From NCBI GenBank assembly GCA_036374435.1, contig DASUTU010000057.1:1-63957 (forward strand): a DNA stretch of 63,957 nt, written 5' to 3'. A program made the position numbers and the translations under genes. Of this stretch, positions 30,911 through 39,685 are shown one piece after another. How positions within the stretch are numbered: the stretch's first letter is position 1; every line of letters begins with the position of its first letter. Under the pieces are notes generated by a model. The model did not search any database. It saw nothing but the letters and a program-made list of their open reading frames with translations, and had not been told where the DNA came from. The DNA is from Actinomycetota bacterium (GTDB lineage: Bacteria > Actinomycetota > UBA4738 > HRBIN12).

Positions 30911-31867
30911 TCAGCCTCCCCCGGCGCTCAGCCAGGCCAGCAGCGCCCGGCGGATCAACCCTCGATGGCCCATCCGGTGCTGCAACCATCCCTCGAGCCC
31001 GCCCACCGGCGCGAGGTTCTGCGGGTACCGCGGATCGCTGTGCCGGCCGGCGAACCCGGGCAGCAGCGCGCTCACCCGGTCGGCCAGCGAGCGTGCCTGC
31101 TCAAGCCCCGCGCCGGCACGCACCTCGCATCGGATCAGCCCGGCGTGATCGTGCCAGGCCGGGCGCGAGGGCACCAGCCGCGTGTACCAGGCATACCGTT
31201 CGGACGCCCGGCCCTCGTAGGCGAGCGCGAACAGCGGCGTCCGCTCCCCCGGAGCGAGCCGAGCGAGCAGGGCATCGTGCCCCTCGTCGAGGTAGGCGCG
31301 CGCGAACCGCTTCACCACGCCGATCACCGGCGAGACGGTTTCTTCGCGGAGGCTCTTCAGGGGGCCGTCGGCCAGCACAAGGCAGCCGGAGTTCGCCGCC
31401 ATCCCGGCCGCGAGCCCGGCCTCTTCGTCGCGCATCTTCGACTGGAGGCCGATGAGCGGGGTGTCGGGATCGGTCCCGGCCTCGCTGCGCGGTTCGTACC
31501 GCAGCCGGTGCGGGCCGGCGTCGATCTCCACCCGGAGCGGTCGCACCCCGCCGCCGACCACCACCGAGCGGCCGACCGCATGGTCGGCGAACACCGCGCG
31601 GCCGTCGCAGCGCACCGCCCCCACCGCCCACGAGCCGAACAGCCCCGCCGCCCGCCGGCCGTCGTCGTCGGCGAGCACCCGGAGCTCGACCCGGCGGACG
31701 CCGTCCACGAACCACACCGGGCACGTCGGGACGTCGGCGGAGACGATGGGACGGCTCCAGTCGTCGGTCTCCACGCCCGGGTCCGCGCTCGCCGGGGTCT
31801 CGTCCAACCTGGCTTCGAAGCCCATGCCGTGATCCGGCGTCCACGGATCGGCGCGGAGCGCAACCAC
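30911..31867 (-). CDS. nurA: NurA-like 5'-3' nuclease (bacterial type)
   Basis: ADPW start, FVDGVRR and LADGPL acidic motifs, PQNLAPVGGLE...L...MG C-terminal motif; immediately upstream of herA; TACCCT 6 nt before GTG 31867. Confidence 0.75.
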   Translation of the reverse strand: MVALRADPWTPDHGMGFEARLDETPASADPGVETDDWSRPIVSADVPTCPVWFVDGVRRVELRVLADDDGRRAAGLFGSWAVGAVRCDGRAVFADHAVGRSVVVGGGVRPLRVEIDAGPHRLRYEPRSEAGTDPDTPLIGLQSKMRDEEAGLAAGMAANSGCLVLADGPLKSLREETVSPVIGVVKRFARAYLDEGHDALLARLAPGERTPLFALAYEGRASERYAWYTRLVPSRPAWHDHAGLIRCEVRAGAGLEQARSLADRVSALLPGFAGRHSDPRYPQNLAPVGGLEGWLQHRMGHRGLIRRALLAWLSAGGG

Positions 31868-32075
31868 GGCCGAAGGGTACCGGACGCTTCCGACGCCCCC
31901 GGGCACGTGCGGCGAACAGGCCTGCGACCTGGGAGAACGCGGAGTCGGGCGTTCCGGCTAGTCAATCCGGGCCACTTCCCCCAACGGGGGGACTACGCCG
32001 CTCGTGTGTCGGCGCCGATACGACCCCTGAAGCCACGGACGACCCTGCACGCCCCGGCTCGAGGGGGACCACGCG

Positions 32076-32950
32076 ATGGCATGGTTGGCACGTCGGGAGC
32101 GACGCCCCGTCTGGGGAACGCTCGCCGTGCTCCCCGTGGCCGACATCGCGGCCAGCGCGTGGTTCGCCGTCCGCGATCGCGCCGAGGCCGTCGAGGCCGC
32201 CCTCGGCCCGCGCCGAGCTCATCGCCCGCACCGAGCTGGCTCCCCTTCTCCAGCCGCGCGACCTCAACTCCCCGGCGACCGGTGATCGGGCCGGACAGCT
32301 CTCGGCGGCCATCGGCGAGTCGATCATCACCTCCGGCCCGGTGGACGGGGTCCGGTTGTTCTCGCCCCTGGGCCGGATCCTCTACGCCGAGCAGTCGAAG
32401 GTGATGGGCACGCGGCCCTCGTACCTTCGCGATCTCACGTTCCGGGTGGCGGGCGGGGACGTCCAGAGGCTCGTCCGGGGCGGGAAGCTCCTGACGTACG
32501 TCCCGGTGTGGCTGACCCCCGGCGGTCCGGTCGCGGTGGCGGAGCTGTCCCAGCCGCTCGGATCGCTCCAGTCCGAGGCCATCGGGCCGTGCTCGAGCAG
32601 CAACGTGAGGCTGCCGAACGGAAGGTCCACATCGTCGAAGAGAACTTCCACGCCCTCCAGAAGCGGCTGAAGGAGGCCCTGGCCCAGGTCCAGGAGCTCG
32701 AGGCCCGCCTGGCCGTGAACGAGAAGCCCCACGACACGCACGACGGCGACCGCCGGCGACGCGCGATCAGATCCGCGACCAGGCTCAGCGGCTCCACGAG
32801 GCCGAGCTCGAGAACAACGCCCTGCGGCAGCGCGAGAGCTACCAGGAACGAGCGGCCGCCCTGGCCAGGGCGCTGGCCCATGCGGATGCCGAGGAGCGGC
32901 GGGATCGGATCCGGGGCAGGCGGCACCGCATGGCCCGAGCCGTTCACGTC
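32076..32950 (+). pseudogene. Fragmented membrane-anchored sensor/coiled-coil gene
   Basis: Coherent protein-like segments in successive frames: TM (VWGTLAVLPVADIAASAWF), sensor-like GVRLFSPLGRILY...PVAVAELSQP, and coiled coils (HALQKRLKEALAQVQELEARL; RLHEAELENNALRQRE). Confidence 0.55.
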
Positions 32951-32964
32951 TCCGGGCCGAGCGG

Positions 32965-34122
32965 TTATCGGAGCGCCTGGAGGAGCTCGCGTGCGATCAC
33001 GACCCGCTGGATCTGGTTCGTCCCCTCGTAGATCTGCGTGACCTTCGCGTCGCGCATCAGGCGCTCGACCGGGTACTCGCGCACGTAGCCGTACCCGCCG
33101 AGCACCTGCACGGCGTCCGTGGTGATCCGCATGGCCGCGTCGGAGGCGAAACACTTCGCCACGCTGGAGAAGTAGGTCATCCGTTCGTCGCCCGCGTCGC
33201 ACAGGGCGAGCGCCTTGTACACGAGGAGGCGGGACGCCTCGAGCTGCATCGCCATGTCGGCGAGCATGAACGAGACGCCCTGGAACTCGGAGATCGGCTT
33301 GCCGAACTGCTCGCGCTCGCCGGCGTACCGCGCCGCGAAGTCGAACGCCCCCTGGGCGATGCCGAGGGCCTGGGCGCCGATCAGCGGGCGCGAGTAGTCG
33401 AGCGTCTCCAGCGCGATGCGGAAGCCCTGCCCCTCCTCCCCGATCAGCCGGTCGCCCGGCAGGCGAGCCCCCGAGAGGATCACCTCGCGCGTCGGGGAAC
33501 CTCGGATGCCCATCTTGTCTTCCTTCCGCCCGAACGAGACGCCCGGGTCGTCCTTCATGGCGAGGAACGCGCTGATGCCTTTGGCCCGTTCGGCCGGATC
33601 GCGCGTGGCGAAGACCACGTAGGCGTGGCTCACCCCGGCGCCGGTGATGAACCGCTTCGTGCCGTCGAGCACGAACTCATCGCCGTCGCGCGCGTACCGC
33701 GTCGACAGCGCCGCGGCGTCCGACCCGGCCCCGGGCTCGGTGAGCGCGTACGACATCAAGATGTCCCCGCGCACGATGCCTTCGATCATGCTCCGGCGCT
33801 GCTCCTCGGTCCCGGCCAGGGCGAGCGGGATCACGCCGAGCTTGCTCACCGCCGGCGCGAGCGCGAGCCCCGCGGCCACGCGCGACAGCTCCTCCACCAG
33901 GACGCCGAACGCGAGCGACCCGCCGCCCGATCCGCCGTACTCCTCGGGGTACCCCACCCCTGTGAGCTCGTTGTCGACGAGGACCCGGAACAGGTCCTCG
34001 GGCCATTCGTCGGTGCGATCGATCTCGTCGGCGCGAGGAGCGATCTTCTCTTCGGCGATCTGCCGGACCAGGGCTCGGAACTCCTCGAGCTCCGGGGGCA
34101 GCGCGAAGCGCTCCAGGTCCAT
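32965..34122 (-). CDS. Acyl-CoA dehydrogenase (short/branched-chain type)
   Basis: YALTEPGAGSDAA, GTKRFIT, KMGIRGSPT, RPLIGAQALGIA, REQFGKPI, LGGYGYVREYPVERLMRDAKVTQIYEGTNQIQR. Confidence 0.95.
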   Translation of the reverse strand: MDLERFALPPELEEFRALVRQIAEEKIAPRADEIDRTDEWPEDLFRVLVDNELTGVGYPEEYGGSGGGSLAFGVLVEELSRVAAGLALAPAVSKLGVIPLALAGTEEQRRSMIEGIVRGDILMSYALTEPGAGSDAAALSTRYARDGDEFVLDGTKRFITGAGVSHAYVVFATRDPAERAKGISAFLAMKDDPGVSFGRKEDKMGIRGSPTREVILSGARLPGDRLIGEEGQGFRIALETLDYSRPLIGAQALGIAQGAFDFAARYAGEREQFGKPISEFQGVSFMLADMAMQLEASRLLVYKALALCDAGDERMTYFSSVAKCFASDAAMRITTDAVQVLGGYGYVREYPVERLMRDAKVTQIYEGTNQIQRVVIARELLQALR

Positions 34123-34124
34123 GC

Positions 34125-35306
34125 TCACACTCGGCGCAGGAGGAGGGCGTCGCCCTGGCCGCCACCCCCGCAGATCGTCGCGCCGCCGAGCTCCACCCCA
34201 CGCCGGCGCATCTCGTACGCGAGCGTGAGCACGATCCTCGCCCCGCTCATCCCGATGGGGTGCCCGAGCGCGACCGCGCCGCCGTTCACGTTCGTGAGCT
34301 CCTCGTCGAATCCCAGCGTGCGGGTCACGTTCAGGGACACCGCCGCGAAGGCCTCGTTCACCTCGAGCAAGCCGAGGTCGTGCACGTCCAGCTGCGCCTT
34401 CTTCAGCGCGTGCTGGAGTGCCAGCGCAGGAACCGTGTGCAGGTACGTGTAGCGTTCGGCGGACATCCCGTGCGCCACGATCTCGACCATCGGCGAGAGC
34501 CCGAGCCGTTCGGCCGCCTCTCGGCGCGCCACCACGACGGCCGCTGCGCCGTCGCTGATCTGGGCCGCGTTCCCCGCCGTGATCGTGCCGTTCTCGGTGA
34601 AGGCGGGAGGCAGTGTGGCGAGGACCTCGGGCGTGGAGTCGGCCCGGATGCCCTCGTCGCGTTCGACCACGATCGGGTCGCCCCGTCGCTGGGGGATCTC
34701 GACGGGGACGGCCTCGTCCGACAGACGCCCCGACTCCCACCCGTCGTGCACCCGCCGGTGCGACCGGGCCGCCCAGAGGTCCTGCGCCTCGCGGGTGATC
34801 CCGAGCTCGGCGTTGACCTCGTCCGAGGAGGCCCCCATGTGTTCCTGGCGGAAGCTCGACCAGAGGCCGTCCTGGACCATGGAGTCGATCATCTGGGTGT
34901 GGCCGAGGCGCGTCCCGGACCGCGCGCTCGGCAGGAGGTGGGGAGCCCGGCTCATGGACTCCATGCCGCCGGCCACGACCACGTCCACCTCGCCGGCGCG
35001 GATGAGCTGATCGGCCAGGGCGATCGCGTTGATGCCCGAGAGGCAGACCTTGTCGACGTTGAGGGCCGGGACCTCTTTGGGGATCCCGGCGGCCACGGCG
35101 GCCTGGCGAGCCGTGATCTGTCCGGTCCCCGCCCGGAGGACCTGCCCCATGATCACGTAGTCGACCTGTTCTGGCGCCACCCCCGAGCGCGCCAGCGCCT
35201 CGCGGATCGCGATCGCCCCCAGGTCGACCGCGGATTGCTCGGAGAGCACCCCCTGGAACTTGCCGACCGGGGTTCGGGCACCACCGAGGATCACGGACGA
35301 CGCCAT
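34125..35306 (-). CDS. Acetyl-CoA C-acetyltransferase (classical thiolase)
   Basis: Complete catalytic set: KVCLSG, EVNEAF, GHPIGMSG, ICGGGGQG. Confidence 0.95.
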   Translation of the reverse strand: MASSVILGGARTPVGKFQGVLSEQSAVDLGAIAIREALARSGVAPEQVDYVIMGQVLRAGTGQITARQAAVAAGIPKEVPALNVDKVCLSGINAIALADQLIRAGEVDVVVAGGMESMSRAPHLLPSARSGTRLGHTQMIDSMVQDGLWSSFRQEHMGASSDEVNAELGITREAQDLWAARSHRRVHDGWESGRLSDEAVPVEIPQRRGDPIVVERDEGIRADSTPEVLATLPPAFTENGTITAGNAAQISDGAAAVVVARREAAERLGLSPMVEIVAHGMSAERYTYLHTVPALALQHALKKAQLDVHDLGLLEVNEAFAAVSLNVTRTLGFDEELTNVNGGAVALGHPIGMSGARIVLTLAYEMRRRGVELGGATICGGGGQGDALLLRRV

Positions 35307-35428
35307 GGCCTCCCACCGCTCGTCGGTCGTTCGGCCCAGTCTACCGTCGGGTCGCCGCACACCCCGTGGCGACCGGTCGCGTCGACTGTGCCATCCTCGA
35401 TGGAGGTCGAGGAGACGAAGGAGGACCG

Positions 35429-36304
35429 GTGGCGGAGACGAGGTTCGGCGTGACGCTCATCCCCTCGGCGTCGGGGCGGTCGGACCCCGTCGCCGAAGCC
35501 AAACGCGCCGAGGAGCTCGGGTTCGACCTCGTCGCCGTGTGGGACCACCCGCACGGCGAACACCCCTCGTTCGAGACCTGGACGTTCATGACCTGGGTCG
35601 CCGCGAACACCAGCCGGATCCGGATCGCCTCGAACGTGCTCGGGATGCCGTTCCGGCTCCCGGCGCTCGTCGCCAAGATGGCCGAGAGCCTCGACCGGCT
35701 CTCGGGGGGGCGGCTGATCCTCGGCCTGGGAGCCGGAGGAAGCGATACCGAGCTCGCTGGCTTCGGAGCACCGACCCTCCCGCCCGACGAGAAGGTCGAT
35801 GCGCTCGAGGAGGCGGTCGAGGTCATCCGTGGCGTGTGGACCGAACCCGCGTTCACGTACGACGGCGCGTATTACCGCAACGACGAAGCACTCGTGGAGC
35901 CCAAGCCGGCCCGGCCGATCCCGATCTGGCTCGGCGCGTACGGCCCGCGGATGCTCGAGCTCACCGGCCGGCTCGCCGGCGGCTGGATCCCCTCGATGGG
36001 ATTCCTCCCCGTCACGCGGGTCAAAGAGGCCATGGATCGCGTCCGGATCGCGGCCGAACGCTCGGGACGGGACCCCGACGGGCTCGACTACGCCTACAAC
36101 GTCCAGGTGCGGGTGGGCGGATCACCGGCGGAGGACCCCGACCGTCGCCTGGCCGGCGAACTCGCTCAGGTGGTCGAGCAGCTCTCCGCCATCCTCGACC
36201 TCGGCTTCACGGTCCTGAACCTCATGGTCGGCGGGCGCCGGGACGAGCAGATGGAGCTCCTCGGCACCGAGGTCCTGCCCGAGCTCCGGCGGCCCGGCGG
36301 CTGA
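35429..36304 (+). CDS. LLM-class flavin/F420-dependent oxidoreductase
   Basis: AEELGFDLVAVWDH, LDRLSGGRLILGLGAG, PIPIWLGAYGPRML. Confidence 0.88.
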   Translation: MAETRFGVTLIPSASGRSDPVAEAKRAEELGFDLVAVWDHPHGEHPSFETWTFMTWVAANTSRIRIASNVLGMPFRLPALVAKMAESLDRLSGGRLILGLGAGGSDTELAGFGAPTLPPDEKVDALEEAVEVIRGVWTEPAFTYDGAYYRNDEALVEPKPARPIPIWLGAYGPRMLELTGRLAGGWIPSMGFLPVTRVKEAMDRVRIAAERSGRDPDGLDYAYNVQVRVGGSPAEDPDRRLAGELAQVVEQLSAILDLGFTVLNLMVGGRRDEQMELLGTEVLPELRRPGG

Positions 36305-36337
36305 TCGTCCGGGTCGTCTCCGCTCCGTCGGTTGGCG

Positions 36338-38221
36338 TCAGCGAGCGGCGGAGTCGTCCGGCGCCACGGGATCGCGCTCCGGCGCGGCCTCCGGGACCAC
36401 TACCACGTCGTCGCGGGCCGAGAGCGCGAGCTCGATGACGCGCAGGATCTGCTCGCCCACGAGCTCGTCCCGGGCGATCAGCGCGTCTCGGAGCGCCACG
36501 ACGACGTCCCGGTTCTCTTCGAGCAGCGCGGCCACCCGCTCGCGCTGGGCCGTGAGAATCTCCTCGACCCGCTCCTTGCCCTCGGCGTCCGCCAGCACCT
36601 TGCCGACGAGGTTCTTCGAGCCGATGGGCCCTTCGGCGATGGCGTCGTAGGAGACGAGGGACCCCGCCATTCCGAACGACCCCACCATCTGGGCGGCGAG
36701 CGTGGTGGCGCTCTGGAGATCCGAGGCCGGGCCGGTACCACTCTCGCCGAAGAAGACCTCCTCGGCGGCGAGCCCGCCGAGGGCGATGGCGATCGCCGCC
36801 TGGAGCTCGGTTCTGGTGCGGGTGAACCGCTCCTCGGTGTCGCCGTGCGCGAGCAGCCCGAGCGCCTGCCGCCGTTTGATGATCGACAGGACCTCGAGCC
36901 GCCGGCCACGGCCCAGGAAATACGCCACGGTGGCGTGCCCGGCCTCGTGCGTGGCCACGGCCACCCGATCGGACTCCGTGTAGGTGACCGGCTGTTTGAA
37001 GCCGAGCTCCTCCGTCAGCTTCGCCTCGTGCACGTCGTCGAGGTTCATCTCCTTGCGGCCGTGGCGCAGGGCCACGAGGAGCGACTCGTCGAAGAGGTGC
37101 TCGAGCATCACGGGGGTGTAGCCGAAGGAGTCGTGCGCCAGTCGCTCTCGGGCCTCATCCCCGTCGAGCTGCGAATGGTGGGCCTTGCGCTCGAGGAAGA
37201 AGTCGATCAGCTCGCGCCGGCCGCTCTTCGTGGGCAGGTCGAAGTAGAGCCGGCGGTCGAACCGCCCCGGCCGCAGCAAGGCAGTGTCGAGGTTGTCGGC
37301 ACGGTTCGTGGCCGCGATCAGCAGGATGTTGGAGTAGCTCGGCTTGGTGGCCGGGATCCGCTTGTCGGGTGGGAGGAAGCCGTTGATCCACTCGATGAAC
37401 CGAGCCTTCACGCGCGCGCCCCGCGGCGGCTGGTCGAACGACTGCATCTGGATCAGCAGCTCGTTCACCATGCCGGTTCCTCCCGGACCGACGAACCTCG
37501 AGGTGACCCGCCCCAGGCCGGTGGGGTCCGGGCTCGCGTTGAGGCCGCCGCGATCCCCTCCGATGGCGTCGATCTCCTCGATGAACCCGATGGCGCCTCC
37601 CTCCTTGCGCGCGAGCTTGCGGAGGATCCGGAAGAAGGCGCGGATGCGGGAGCCGGTCATGCCGAACCACATCGACTGGAAGGCGGGGGCCGAGATGAAC
37701 AGGAAGGGGACCCCGGCCTGCTTGGCCATGGCTTTTGCCAGGTACGTCTTGCCGGTCCCCGGCGGCCCCTCGAACAGGATGCCCCGTCGCGGGTTGCCCC
37801 CCAGCTCCTTTCGGAACGTGGCGTATCCGAGGAAGACGTCGAGCGTGCGGGTGACCTCGTCCACCTGGGACCCGAGCCCCTGGACCTCGTCCAGCCCGAC
37901 CTCGATCTCCTCCGGCCGGACGACCGCATGGGGCGACCGGCCGCTGAACATCGGCATGAGCATGACGAGGAACAGCAGCACCACCAGGAGCATGAGCGGA
38001 GCCCAGATCACCCATTCGGGTCCGAAGGTGGGCAGCTCGAAGGGGTTGTTCGTGAAGTAGCGGTACCAGAGGTAGCCGTCGATCAGTCCCAGGATCAGGA
38101 CCAGGCGGAGGATCCGCCGGCGGCGGGTCCGTTCGCGGATCCGGAAGACGTCGGCGCGGCCCTTCTCGAACACCTCGGACCCGTGCAGGACCGCGGCGGT
38201 CGAGCGGTTCCTCTCCTCCAC
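36338..38221 (-). CDS. FtsH-like membrane AAA+ zinc protease paralog
   Basis: Two N-terminal TMs, GPPGTGKT, FIEEIDAIGG, ATNR...LLRPGRFDRR, HEAGH, LGGLAAEE, SDL; SD GAGGAGG before GTG 38221. Confidence 0.88.
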   Translation of the reverse strand: MEERNRSTAAVLHGSEVFEKGRADVFRIRERTRRRRILRLVLILGLIDGYLWYRYFTNNPFELPTFGPEWVIWAPLMLLVVLLFLVMLMPMFSGRSPHAVVRPEEIEVGLDEVQGLGSQVDEVTRTLDVFLGYATFRKELGGNPRRGILFEGPPGTGKTYLAKAMAKQAGVPFLFISAPAFQSMWFGMTGSRIRAFFRILRKLARKEGGAIGFIEEIDAIGGDRGGLNASPDPTGLGRVTSRFVGPGGTGMVNELLIQMQSFDQPPRGARVKARFIEWINGFLPPDKRIPATKPSYSNILLIAATNRADNLDTALLRPGRFDRRLYFDLPTKSGRRELIDFFLERKAHHSQLDGDEARERLAHDSFGYTPVMLEHLFDESLLVALRHGRKEMNLDDVHEAKLTEELGFKQPVTYTESDRVAVATHEAGHATVAYFLGRGRRLEVLSIIKRRQALGLLAHGDTEERFTRTRTELQAAIAIALGGLAAEEVFFGESGTGPASDLQSATTLAAQMVGSFGMAGSLVSYDAIAEGPIGSKNLVGKVLADAEGKERVEEILTAQRERVAALLEENRDVVVALRDALIARDELVGEQILRVIELALSARDDVVVVPEAAPERDPVAPDDSAAR

Positions 38222-38362
38222 GGGCACGCACCTCCTCGCGCGGATCCCCCACGCCCGGCCCACCTTAGGTGACCCGGAGGATGGCCGCATCCGGCGTTCG
38301 GCCTAAAGCGAGCCCGAAGGCCGGCGCTCCCGCGGCCGGCGAACCGGCTATCGTGCGGGCTC

Positions 38363-38749
38363 GTGGCCAGGAAGAAGCTGCCGCCCGTGGCCCGCGAGGA
38401 CGCCAGGACCATCGGCGCCCTCCTTCGAGGGCTCCGGCGGGCCGCCGGGTACCGGGCCGTCCAGGACGCGGCCTCGGCCTCCGGGTTCCCGGCCGCCCGC
38501 CAGACCATCTACGCGTACGAGCGCGGCGCGCTGACGCCCTCGCTCCAGCAGTTTCTCGAGCTCGTGGAGTTCTACGCCATCCACCCCGTCGCCACCGACG
38601 GCGCCAAGAATGTGGAGGATCTTCGGGCGCTGGCCGTGGCCGCGATCGCCCGTGCGCTCGGGCTGCCCGTCTACCACGTCAGACGGGCCCAGGAGCTGAT
38701 GGAGCGGCTCCAGCCCGATCTCGCCCCGAGCCGCCGCCCGGCACGCTGA
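38363..38749 (+). CDS. XRE-family helix-turn-helix protein
   Basis: GALLRGLRRAAG...RQTIYAYERGALTPS Cro/C1-type HTH signature. Confidence 0.8.
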   Translation: MARKKLPPVAREDARTIGALLRGLRRAAGYRAVQDAASASGFPAARQTIYAYERGALTPSLQQFLELVEFYAIHPVATDGAKNVEDLRALAVAAIARALGLPVYHVRRAQELMERLQPDLAPSRRPAR

Positions 38750-39153
38750 TGTTCACCCGGATCGACCACATCGGGATCGCCGTGGACGATCTCGAGGCGT
38801 CGATCGAGCACTACCGCCGATCGGTCGGCCTGGAGCCGATCCACCGCGAGCGGGTGGAAGACCAGGGCGTCGACGAGGTCCTGTTTGCCGTCGGTGACGG
38901 CTACGTCCAGCTGCTCGGATCGCTCGGCCCCGAGACCCCGGTGGGCCGCTTCCTGGCCCGGCGCGGTCCCGGCCTTCATCACGTGGGGTACGCGGTGGAC
39001 GACGTGGCCGCCGCCCTCGAGCGGCTCCGGTCGGCCGGGGTCCGGCTGGTGGACGAGTCCCCCCGCCGGGGCTCCCGCGGAACGTCGGTCGCGTTCGTCC
39101 ACCCGAGCGGGATGGGCGGAGTGTTGGTCGAGCTGGTGGAGGCCGGCCGCTAA
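38749..39153 (+). CDS. mce: Methylmalonyl-CoA epimerase
   Basis: IDHIGIAV, VQLL, GPGLHHVGYAVDD, FVHP...GGVLVELVE; TGATG coupling to the HTH gene. Confidence 0.92.
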   Translation: MFTRIDHIGIAVDDLEASIEHYRRSVGLEPIHRERVEDQGVDEVLFAVGDGYVQLLGSLGPETPVGRFLARRGPGLHHVGYAVDDVAAALERLRSAGVRLVDESPRRGSRGTSVAFVHPSGMGGVLVELVEAGR

Positions 39154-39581
39154 CGGGCGCGCGCGGCGAGGGTCGTGTTGAGGCTCTCGACCAGGCGCTG
39201 GGCCTGACGATCCCCGGGGTTGAGGGCGGACTCGACCGCCCGGATCCCGAACAGCGGGATCCTCGAGCCGTCGCGGAGCGTCGCCAGGCCGAGGCCCGTG
39301 AACACGGCGTAGCGACCGAGGGAGAATCCCTGGATCTCGGCCCAGGGCAGCAGACGGCGGGCGAACGGGTTCCGGACGAGCAGCCCCTCCTCCCGGACCT
39401 GGACGCCGGCGAGCGCCATCCGCCCCACCAGGAACCACCCCAGCCCGACCCCGGCTCCCGCGACCATGGCCCGGAGCGGGAGCGGCCACGGCGGGCCGGC
39501 CACGCCGAGGTTGAACACGACCAGGCCGGCGCCGGCCCCGAGGAGGCCGAGGCCGATCGCCCACTGACGGCTCCGCTGCAT
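39150..39581 (-). CDS. Membrane protein with bacterial PH domain
   Basis: Two TMs followed by GLLVRNPFARRLLPWAEI (bPH-like motif). Confidence 0.72.
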   Translation of the reverse strand: MQRSRQWAIGLGLLGAGAGLVVFNLGVAGPPWPLPLRAMVAGAGVGLGWFLVGRMALAGVQVREEGLLVRNPFARRLLPWAEIQGFSLGRYAVFTGLGLATLRDGSRIPLFGIRAVESALNPGDRQAQRLVESLNTTLAARAR

Positions 39582-39685
39582 CTTCAGGGGGGCGCTCCTC
39601 CGCTTGCCCTGCTCAACCACTCGGCGGCCCAAAGGCGGCACTGTAGCGAAGGCTCTCGCGAACGTCCGGTGGCGAGTGGCTCGGG

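Noticed and set aside
29218-31867. HerA as an anti-phage Sir2-HerA (Nezha) or DUF4297-HerA system
   Set aside because: No Sir2 or DUF4297 partner; the neighbours are NurA-like and SbcCD, and there are no mobile-element or GC anomalies
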